A DNA stretch of 64,000 nt from NCBI RefSeq assembly GCF_006345805.1, contig NC_043023.1:13702001-13766000 (forward strand). Direction: 5' to 3'. Origin of the DNA: Octopus sinensis (lineage: Eukaryota). Below are positions 21,092 to 31,500 of the stretch, piece after piece. Position numbers and translations under genes: made by a program. The notes under the pieces are model-generated. The model was not told the origin of the DNA. It saw nothing but the letters and a program-made list of their open reading frames with translations, and ran no database searches. The number at the start of each line of letters is the position of its first letter. Position 1 is the first letter of the stretch.

Positions 21092-22130
21092 AGGCAGCAA
21101 GCTGGATGAAAATGCTGAGCGGTATTTCGTCCGCCGTTATGTTCTGAGTTCAAATTCCACCGAGGTCGACTTTGCCTTTCATCCTTTTGGGGTCAATTAA
21201 ATAAGTACCAGTTACGCACTGAGGTTGATATAATCGACTTAATCCATTTGTTTGTCCCCTTTGTGTTTAGCCCCTTGTGGGTAGTAAAGAAATAGGTACT
21301 TCGTCTGCCGCAAAGGTTCTGAGTTCAAATTCCACCGAGGTCGACTTTGCCTTTCATCCTTTTGGGGTCAATTAAATAAGTACCAGTTACGCACTGAGGT
21401 TGATATAATCGACTTAATCCATTTGTTTGTCCCCTTGTGTTTAGCCCCTTGTGGGTAGTAAAGAAATAGGTACTTCGTCTGCCGCAAAGGTTCTGAGTTC
21501 AAATTCCACCGAGGTCGACTTTGCCTTTCATCCTTTTGGGGTCAATTAAATAAGTACCAGTTACGCACTGAGGTTGATATAATCGACTTAATCCATTTGT
21601 TTGTCCCCTTTGTGTTTAGCCCCTTGTGGGTAGTAAAGAAATAGGTATTTCGTCTGCCGCAAAGGTTCTGAGTTCAAATTCCACCGAGGTCGACTTTGCC
21701 TTTCATCCTTTCAGGGTCGATTAAATAAGTACCAGTTACGCACTGGGGTCGATATAATCGACTTAATCCGTTTGTCTGTCTTCTCTGTTTAGCCCCTTGT
21801 GGGTAGTAAAGAAATAGGTATTTCGCCTGCCGTTACGTTCTGAGTTCAAATTCTGCCGAGGTCGACTTTGCCTTTCATGGTCGATAAATTAAGTACCAGT
21901 TACGCACTGGGGTCGAGGTAATCGACTTAATCCGTTTGTCTATCCTTGTTTGTCCTCTCTGTGTTTAGCCCCTTGTGGGTAGTAAAGAAATAGGTGTTTC
22001 GTCTGCTGTTACGTTCTGAGTTCAAATTCCAACAAGGTCGACCGTGGCTTTCATCCTTTCAGGGTCAATAAATTAAGTACCAATTACACACTGGGACCAA
22101 CGTAATTGACTTATCACCCACCCCAAAATT
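21092..22130 (+). repeat. Tandem array of 6 x ~175-bp units made of the SINE core plus tail (..TTTAGCCCCTTGTGGGTAGTAAAGAAATAGGTA)
   Basis: Anchor TTCTGAGTTCAAATTC at ~21142, 21317, 21492, 21667, 21838 and 22014. Confidence 0.9.
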
Positions 22131-23144
22131 GCTGCCCTTCTAGCGAAATTGAAACCATTATCATTATTTAAGACAATGAACTGGCAGAATCATCAGCATG
22201 TTGGGAAAAATGTCCCAGTGGCATTTCATGTCATTATGTTGAGTTCAAATCCTACCAAGGTTGACATTGCCTTTCATCACTTCGGGTTTGATAAAATGAA
22301 TACCAGTTGGGTTCTGGGAGTCTTTGTATTCAGCTTGTCCCCTTCCACTAAATCTCAGGCCTTGTGCCTATTGTAGAAAGCTTTGTTATTATTATCGACA
22401 GTGGCCCCTTTGTTACCATATTTCTCTTGAGATGCTCTGTGTTTCATTTCTATATTTAAGAGGAGTGGATGGGTGGTAACTAGCTTGCTTGCTAACCATA
22501 TCGCTCCGGGTTCAGTCCCACTGCATGGCACCTTGGACCAACCAAAGCCTTGTGGCTGGACTAGGGAGACGGAAACTGAAAGAAGCCCGTCATAGATATA
22601 TATCATCATCATTTAGCATCAGCTTTCCATGCTAGCATGTGTTGGAATGACCACTAATAGTGGACAGCCTGTATGCTAGAAATAGACGTCAAACTCACCA
22701 TTTACCACGAAGAAGTGTTCTCAAGAAAAGATTCAGCAAAAAACCAAAATTTTGTATGTAAAAATATTTTAATCTTCGGATTTTTTAAATATGCTAGGCC
22801 ACCGGTTTTAATTGATTAATATCAGTTTCTACCCTTATTCAATTTTATATATATTTCAGTGGCACCTTGGGCAAGTGTCTTCTGCTATAGCCCCGGGCTG
22901 ACCAATGCCTTGTGAGTGGATTTGGTAGACGGAAACTGAAAGAAGCCTGTCATATATATGTATGTGTGTCTGTCCCTGTCCCCCTAGCATTGCTTGACAA
23001 CCGATGCCGGTGTGTTTACGTCCCCGTCACTTAGCGGTTCGGCAAAAGAGACCGATAGAATAAGTACTGGGGTCGATTTGCTCGACTAAAGGCGGTGCTC
23101 CAGCATGGCCGCAGTCAAATGACTGAAACAAGTAAAAGAGTATA

Positions 23145-23467
23145 CTAGCAGTATCGCCCGGCGTCGCTTGGGTTTGTAAGGGAAATAACTATATAAGCAT
23201 TTTTAGAGAGTTATAGCCAAAAAATGCATTAAAAATGGAAAAAAAATTATGGTACATTTTAAAAAAAAATCGTTGACTCATCGTAGACATTTTTAGAGAG
23301 TTACTAAAAAAAATGCACTAAAATGGAAAAAAATGATGGTAAATTCTTTTTAAAATCGTAGACGCGCGCTAATACCCAGTTTTGGTTAAACTGCACCGCA
23401 AAATGTGGGAGTAGTTAAGAATCTAAATCGTAAGAGACAGACACAACCTCACTTTTATATATAAAGA
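23145..23467 (-). mobile_element. Non-autonomous Helitron (rolling-circle) element
   Basis: On the minus strand: A|TCTTTATATATAAAAGTGAGG... to ...CCAAGCGACGCCGGGCGATACTGCTAG|T. This gives 5' TC, a GC-rich subterminal segment, 3' CTAG, and insertion between A and T. Confidence 0.75.
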
Positions 23468-23530
23468 TATATATATATATATAAGCAACAATAAATCTCT
23501 GAACGAGGTATAAACAGTAACTGCACGACA

Positions 23531-23908
23531 ATGTGAGGTATATTTGCCATCTCAATATGGCTAACCACTAAGAGTGGGTGTTACTGTAGCTTGTAGCCCC
23601 AGGAGAACACCCCCAGCTGGCTGTGGGCACACCTTCTGTGCCCTATCGATATGTGCAAAGGGTGGTCATCCTTCCTGCACAGACTTCAGTTTCTGGGTAT
23701 TGACCCATCATCAGCGTACGACAATCACCGGTTTTCGATGAAAGGAGTCCCAATGCAAATATTTATATCCTTTTTCCTCCCTTTGCAAATACTGATATGG
23801 CACTGAAAGTGTGCCTAAAGCCAGCTGGAGACGATGTTCTCCCGGGGCTACAAGCTACAGTAACATCCACCCTTAGTGGTTAGCCATATTTAGATGGCAA
23901 ATATACCT

Positions 23909-23913
<5 letters not shown>
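23531..23913. mobile_element. Foldback MITE with ~140-150-bp terminal inverted repeats
   Basis: Left arm ATGTGAGGTATATTTGCCATCTCAATATGGCTAACCACTAAGAGTGG... is the near-perfect reverse complement of ...CCACCCTTAGTGGTTAGCCATATTTAGATGGCAAATATACCTCACAT. Confidence 0.9.
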
Positions 23914-23953
<40 letters not shown>

Positions 23954-24754
23954 GTGTGTGTCCCCCTCCACCATCACTTGACTGCCAGTGCTGGTGTTTA
24001 CATCCCCGTCACTTAGCAAAAGAGACCGATAGAATAAGTACTAGGCTTACAAAGAATAAGTCCTGGGGTCGATTTGCTCAACAGAACGCGGTGCTCCAGC
24101 ATGGCCGCAGTCAAATGACTGAAACAAGAATAAGAATATAACAGCTGAAGTGAGCTAAAAAAATAAATAAATAAACGTTAAATCTTAGTGCACATGCACT
24201 GCAGACCGAAGGTCAATCTGTGCCATGTGACTTCACTTCGCATGCTTCAGGTGGTTCGTTACTATGGAAACAGTCCAGATAAGTATTGATCAGATCATGT
24301 ATATAATTCTTTCATTCATTCATATATTCTCTTACACGCTTCGGTCATTTGACTGCGGCCATGCTGGAGCACTGCCTTTAATCGAATAAATCGACCCCAG
24401 GACTTCTATCCACAAGTATGAGAAGCAAGGAGATACGATTTTTTTTTTTTAAACTTGAATAGGGAAATGGAAAGAGATGGAAACTGAAAGAAGCCCATGA
24501 TAAGCAAATTGCCACCATATCAGTTATGATAAGTGTCCCAGATCAATGGAATAGCCTGCTTGTGAAATTCAGGTGCAAGTGGCCGAGAGCACCACAGACA
24601 CCTGTACCCTTAATGTAGTCCTCAGGAAGACTCAGCATTAGGGTGGAGTGAAGAAAAAAAAAAATTGTGGAAATCGAGGGTTAAAATGTTGCTATGTCTG
24701 ATCAACAAAACAAATGCTTAATTTTCGTTGATCAATCAAGGACACTTACTTCCT

Positions 24755-25095
24755 CAAACCCCTGTGGTGATCTCATTCTCGCCCACATCATAAGCGGGAA
24801 GTGTAACCTCTCGAAAGAGCTGTTCTTCACTCCTGCTCCGGAGCGTCGGCTGCGGGGTCATTCCGAAAAGCTCTACCTGCGACGATTTCATCTCAATCGA
24901 AGGAGAGGAGCTTTCTCCGTCCGGGTTGCGGATCCGTGGAACAAGCTGCCAGACGAGATGGTGAAGATGCCGACGACCGCTTTGTTCAAAGCCTCCCTTG
25001 ACCTCAAGTGGCCTGAACTCTTTACATGAACACCACCCTGTACTTAACTCCATGGCCTTGCTATTTGCTTTTGAGCCAAATTAACTAACTAATTA
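24755..25095 (+). mobile_element. 5'-truncated CR1/L2-clade LINE, C-terminal end of ORF2 plus 3' tail
   Basis: Peptide RRLRGHSEKLYLRRFHLNRRRGAFSVRVADPWNKLPDEMV...FKASLD matches the CR1-type post-RT motif RGH..KL....R..FFS.RV...WN.LP; (TAAC)n tail. Confidence 0.85.
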
Positions 25096-26062
25096 TTAGC
25101 ACACAGAATGTGACAAGGTGGGCCCATTGAAACACAGGTAGCCATTTTATATATTCTGTGTACATCATCATTTAACGTCTGCTTTCCATGCTAGCATGGG
25201 TTGGACGGTTCAACTGGGGTCTGAGGAGCCCAAAGGCTGCACCAGACCAGTCAGTGTTTCTACAGCTGGATGCCCTTCCTAACGCCAACCACTCCGTGGG
25301 TGTAGTGGGTGATTTCATGTGCCACTGACACAGGTGCCAGACGAGGCTGGCGAACGGCCACGCTTGGATGGTGTTTGTATATAAAAACAGGAGTGTAAGC
25401 AAAGATGCTAGTCCTAAAATCTGAGAAATCAATGCAGTATTTGTACTGACAAGTAATATTCGTGGCTGTGGTAAGTAGCTTGCTAACCAACCACATGGTT
25501 CTGGGTTGTCCCTCAGCGTGGCACCTTCGGCAAGTGTCTTCTACTATAGCTTCAGGCCAACCAAAGACTTGCGAGTGGATTTGGTAGATGGAAACTGAAA
25601 GAAGCCAGTTGAGTATGTGTGCTCATTCCCCAACATCACTTAACCGATGCTGGTGTGTTTATGTCCCTGTAACCTAGCGTTTTGGCAAATGAGACTGATA
25701 AAGTACTAGGCTTACAAAGAATAAGTCCTGGAGTCAATTTATTCGACTAAAGGCGGTGCTCCAGCATGGCCGCAGTCATATGACTTAAATAAGAGTAGCC
25801 ATTTTAACCCCCAAGAGGACATCTCTAACTGGTTAATGATCCACGGCTGCATCCAATAAATGGTGCCACCTAGCAACAGGAGGATCCAGTAGTAATTATA
25901 CAATCCTAATTAAGCTGGTGTTTGGAACAAACTGATGGAAGCTAAAATGCCCTGCCTTCATTTAAAAAAATACTGTAACGAAGAATTTAGTAAGATAACT
26001 CATTATTAATCTGGTGTTTGGAACATTAATAAATTCTGATGGAAGATTCTTATTTAGCTCAC

Positions 26063-26620
26063 ATTAACCCTTTTGTTACCATATTTCTGTTGGAATTCAG
26101 ACTGAAATGTATATTAACCCCTAGCCCACAGAATGGTTTCCCCTGCCACTGTATTATTTTCCACAGAAGACATAAACACCCGTTTTAAAATTGTTACAAC
26201 TCTCGTTACATTGGGTGTACAGAATTCCTTTGTATACCAATAAAGGAATGGATGAACAATGCAAAGCATTAAGGAATAGACAAAAGAGTTTCCCCTCAGA
26301 AATGTACCTTCTTGTGGGCCACCACTTTCCTTACATCAGCCAACCATGGACAATAGTACCCACCCAGTACATCATTCTCAATATAATTGTAGAGGCAGTC
26401 TACATCCTCATCGTCACTTCGGAGAATTTCACCATCAATATCTGCCAGAGTAAATCCTTTAAAATCATCCTCTAAGTTAGAATCAAACAGGACTTCTCCC
26501 AGAAAAAACTTGCAATGCAGAAGCAGCCATTTTCATCCAATAAAAAGGACACCAGATAACGTAATTTCAGCTTTGTTCCAAATCAAGAGAGTAGTCCGTT
26601 TACGCCTTTTACTACCAGGA
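26063..26620 (-). mobile_element. Possible decayed piggyBac-like transposon remnant (acidic transposase N-terminus plus TTAACCC end)
   Basis: TTAACCCTTTTGTTACC end at 26063. Minus strand reads, with one frameshift, MAASALQVF/LGEVLFDSNLEDDFKGFTLADIDGEILRSDDEDVDCLYNYIENDVLGGYYCPWLAD. Family assignment is from memory only. Confidence 0.35.
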
Positions 26621-26849
26621 ATAAAGATAGTGAGGTCTTATTTTAAGCACCGCCAGGGCAACAAATTGCAATAGCAGTGCAGGGAAGGTAAATGTGAAGA
26701 CTTGCTGGAAGGTTCTGAGATCCCTTTAGCATCCAGAGTACCGTGTCAATTTTAATACTCATTCATTGAACTAATCAGGCTGTCTCAGAGACTTTGGATG
26801 TGATTTTTTTTAAGCAGGGCCGTCAAATTGGAGTTGGTATAACTATTCT

Positions 26850-27076
26850 TTAACCTTTTAGTGTTTAAACCGGCCATATCTGGCCCAAATATTCTACATG
26901 TTTTATATTTGAACCAGCCATATCTAGCCTCTCACACCTAACCTACATTGTCATTCTAAAAATAAATAATCACATTGAAAGCTTAAAGCTATAAGATAAA
27001 ACGCAGGATTAATTAAAAACAATTTGAGAAAAAATGCATTACATTGAACAGAGCAACCTGAACATTAAAGGGTTAA
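26850..27076. mobile_element. piggyBac-type MITE (TTAA-CCCTTTAG...CTAAAGGG-TTAA family)
   Basis: TTAA-bounded with short TIRs. Relatives at 32496-32677, 39583-39772, ~40595-40752 and 52192-52319. Confidence 0.8.
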
Positions 27077-27276
27077 AACAAACCAGTTCTAACATACAGG
27101 CCTACCCAAAGTACAAGTGTATGCATATGCTTTTATGAGAAATGCCGACCACAATCAATTATATAGAGGAAACAGTTTTTCGTTAATCCCACAATCGAGG
27201 GTAGATTCCAGAGGCAAAACCTGGCCAGTTCGGACATAAGAACATGCAAACAAAGCTGGTTTTAAATGCACAAGTG

Positions 27277-27777
27277 TTAACCCTTTCGTTACCATATTCT
27301 GTAGAGATGTTCTGTTTCTTTCAATTAATTTTAAATATAACAAAGAATTTAGTAAAATAACTTAGTTATCATTAAGCTGGTGTTAGGAACATAAATTGTG
27401 ACTAAGGTTTGGTGGAAGATTTTAATTCAGATCTTTTGAAAACAAGACATTTGTACTACAGAGCCAGGTGGTTTCAGCCGGGTTGGTATCAAAAGGGTTA
27501 AGAATTGTTTCTCTATTATATATTATAACCCTTTTGTTACCATATTTCTGTTGAGATGCTCTGTGTTTCTTTCAATCACTTTAAATATAACAAAGAATTT
27601 AGTAAAACAACTTAGTCATCATTAAGCTAGTGTTAGGAACATAAATTGTGACTAAGGTTTGGTGGAAGATTTTAATTCAGAACTTATGAAAAGACATTTG
27701 TACTCATAAGTCAGAGCCAGTTTCAGCTGGGTTGGTAACAAAAGGGTTAAGAATTGTTTCTCTGTTATATATTTTAA
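27277..27777. mobile_element. Dimer of a second piggyBac-type MITE (~225 bp) each followed by a 23-bp spacer; inverted relative to the 34.7-38.9 kb array
   Basis: TTAACCCTTTCGTTACC...ATCAAAAGGGTTAA-GAATTGTTTCTCTATTATATATT-ATAACCCTTTTGTTACC...AAAAGGGTTAA-GAATTGTTTCTCTGTTATATATT-TTAA. Confidence 0.9.
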
Positions 27778-27954
27778 GGGAACATAGGCGCAAAGCAGTG
27801 TTTCGAATTAGGTGAAATATTTGTGTCACATATTTCAACTGCTAAAGCCAAATGCACTGTAATTAAACACGAAAGCCTATGACAAAGAACCAAGGCCAGT
27901 TACATTCATCTCATGAACAAACAACAAAAAGCCATGTATATAGTTACCATGGAG

Positions 27955-28143
27955 TTTATTTCAATGGGAAAACGGTGACGGGCAGAGGGAGGGAAAAAGA
28001 GTGGAGGAGGAAAAATAAAACAAGGTTAAATTATTATTATTTCTAGATTTAAAAAAAGAAAAACCTTGGAAGAAACTAATAATAATAATTATATAAAAAA
28101 AAAAAAGCCATGTGAATAGAATAAAATTGAAAATGAGTTTTAT
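27955..28143 (-). terminator. Candidate polyadenylation signals (AATAAA on - strand at 28143-28138 and 27960-27955) of the RRM gene
   Basis: TTTATT on the + strand at both sites, ~355 and ~540 nt past the stop codon in an AT-rich 3' UTR. Confidence 0.45.
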
Positions 28144-28497
28144 TTTTTTTTCCTTTAATGAATAAGTGACCAGTGTTTCAAAAAAGTAGGAGGAGGAGGA
28201 CTATGGAGAAAGAGAGAGAGAAAGAGAGTGTGATAGATGATGAGAGAGAAAGAGAGAACTAGATGAAAACAAAAAAGTTTTTTTTCTTTTAAAAGAAATG
28301 AGCTGGAAATTGTTAAAAAATTTGGAAAAAAAAAATAATAAAAAAAGCAGCAACCAAGTTTGTTTTTGTTTTTTCTTTCTTTCTTTGCTAAACTTCTGAA
28401 GACTTGGTGCTGACGACCATGGACCACACTGGCGTACTGGTTTTCTTTTTTTTGACAGACAAGATACAACCCCCCCTCACACACACTTTTTACACAC

Positions 28498-28559
28498 TCA
28501 GTTGTAGCCACGGTATGAGCTACCCCATCCACCACCGCCGCCGCCACCACCATAGTTGC
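28498..28559 (-). CDS. RRM gene exon 13 (last): GNYGGGGGGGGWGSSYRGYN*
   Basis: Acceptor TTTCCGTTTCAG|, phase 1, TGA at 28500-28498. Confidence 0.88.
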
Positions 28560-31500
28560 CTGAAACGGAAAAGGTAAAGGAAAAAGAAAGAAAAATAAAT
28601 TAAACTGCCAAGTAAAAAAAAATAACAGCAGGTAAAAATTAATTTTCAAAACACATACCAATAATAATAATAATAATAACAACAAAGGTGGCAAACTGGC
28701 AGAACCGTTGGCAAGCCATTGCAAGTGATGCCCCTGCCCCACGTTAGGTCAAGCGAATTGACGGCCTAAACAGAAGCACGGTGCACCACAGACCAGGTGT
28801 CGAAAGTGATCGCAGAGCAATGGGGGGGGGGGGAAGAAAGGCTTTGCTCAATCAAGAACAAACCACCCACTCAAGGAATAAAAAAATCTCCATTGCTACA
28901 GACCAAGTGCAACACCCTAAACACTAAGCCCCCCACACACATTTTAAGAAGCATATATATATATACATACATACACATGTGTGTGCTGCTAAGTTATGCG
29001 TATTGCCATTAAGTTAGATCCACATTGTCTCCCCTTTGTTTTTCCCCACCAGTACTGTAACTGGGAGAGGGAGTCGATTAAATGGGAATGGCTATTCTAT
29101 TTTCTTTACGGCACGAAACAGTAATGACGACAACAACCCAAGAACTGCAGGACATGTCCGAATATATATCCCTCCATCACTCCCAGGGCTGTGGAGTTGG
29201 AGTCGCAGACAAGGGATAGCTAGAGTTGATAACACTACACCAACCTCCAACTCCCAATGTCTATTCTTTAATATAAACCAGTTCTAATATATAAGCCCAC
29301 TCAAAGTACAAGCGTAGGCATATGCCTTATGAGATATGTAGACCACAATCACTTGATTACATAAGAGGATAACCTCTTTCATCTGAGAACAAAGACACCT
29401 AACTTTACTCAGCTGCACGCCTCAAAGTGACCTTGTTAAAGCCCCCCCAGTGCCCTTTTTGTAAGAGCCAGCGAGCTGTAGAAGCTATGCCAAATCAGAT
29501 GTGAACAAGAGACTAGACTTCAGCTCTGCCAAACATTCCAACTCGTACAAACTAGTATGGACGTCATGACGACAACACAAGACCTGATGACAACGTGAAT
29601 GAATGCAGTAGATGGAAAACTGTGTGGAAGCCCTGCATGTGTGTGCATGCATAAGTGTCTGCCATCCTACTGCTTGACAACTTCAAATTGTCTGTCCTCA
29701 TAACAGTTTAACAAAAACAGTGATTAGAGCACCACTAAATCACAATTAGTAAGATGTCACTAACTGTACCTCGCCATTAACACCAGCTGAATTTGTCATA
29801 CAATGAAACCCCATCATTTTCGACAGGTACTACATGTCACTACATATCTTAAACAAGTTAGATCATTGCAACAAAATACAAGATATATATAGATAATACA
29901 GGTTATATAACATCAACATATTTATACATACACAAAACAAAAGGAAAAAAGGTAGAGGAACAGTTGTCAAAAGAGCAAGCTTCTCCCCGCATTCCTCCTC
30001 CCCCCACCAGATTGAGATCTAGTCCAGGAGGGGGTTGGGGGGAAACCACACACATTAGAAGAGGAAACAAACCCCCAGCCTCATCCTGCCCCGCTAACCC
30101 AAAATCCCAAGCAGGTAACCATGCACCGGTGACAAAGCAACCAGCAGCACAGCAACGCCTGGCCCCCAACAAGGTGATATTATTATTTAAACTGGAGAAC
30201 CGGCAAGGACCATTAGCTTGCCAGACAAAATGCTCAATGGCATTTCATCCTGAGCTCAAATTCCAGAGGTTGACCTCAACCGTCATCTTTACAGGGGTTG
30301 ATGGAATAATACAGTGGAACACTAGGCTCCAATATTAAGTTATTCCTTCCCCTGAAATTTCCGGCCCAAATTCAAAATCTGAAACCATTATTATTAAGGT
30401 GGAGAGCTGGCAAGAATCACTAGCTTGCCAGACAATTTTGCCTTTCATCCTTTTGGGATTGATAAAATGACTATTGAGCAAGCATTGGTGAAGGGAGTAC
30501 AGGTAATCGACCTGTCCCCTCAAAATCACTTTAGCATGTGCACTGCCAATCATATCAAACCATCCAGAGGACCAAATGCTAACTGGTTCACAACAAAGCT
30601 GGCCAAGTCAGCTCCTTTCCTGCCAATAACCAAACAAACATTGGCATTTGGCAATAAAACCAATAACAGGAGCCACAGGACTTGCTGCAAACAATGCTTT
30701 TGGACAAACCAAATAGTAGAAAGAAGCAATTGAACACAATCCTGAGCAGTGCAAGCCTTAAATCAGTGAAACAATATTCAACAGCTTCCCCCTGCGTGTC
30801 CTGAATCTGGGCAAGAACTTCAGCGATCAACCAGATACAGGGATCACAAGAGACCCAAAACCCAGTCGCTCAACCTCAATAGGAATAGCAACCAAATTTG
30901 TTTCCTGATTCAAAAGCAAAATGCCAGCATCTCAGGATAACAGAAGAGGACAGTCGATGACAACCCATTCAAGGGATAATTTGAAAATTCCACATGGTTG
31001 GGTGTAGATGAACTGCCTGAGTGGTTATCATTTAACCACGAGTCAGCTGATTGGGCGTGTCCACAATCAAATATCAGCATTGCAGCAATATAACAGTAAC
31101 AGATTTCAATCTGGGTTGGTCAAGCCAAATGTCAGTGACCCCTAACAAGGATATATCATTTGGGAGCCAAAATATTAGACTAAAGGACAGACAAAGGGGA
31201 AAAGCCTCCAGACAGACCCTTCCAACCCACCCAAGAGAGAAGTAAGCTATGTTAGCAAACCCCAGTGTCTCAAGACGGACCCTTAATTCCAAAGTTTTAG
31301 TGGCTGTACATTTGGAATTAAACAGAGTAACAATCCCCAATGACAGAAGGGACGCCTCTTAAAGACAGACTCCACTGACCCAGTACCAGTGTCAACAGCT
31401 CCACTGTACTGACAGCCCACAGGTTTGGCCCAGTGTGCTAAGAGGTTTGCTTCGTAACCACATGGTTCCAGGATCAGTCTCACCGTGTGACACCATGGGC

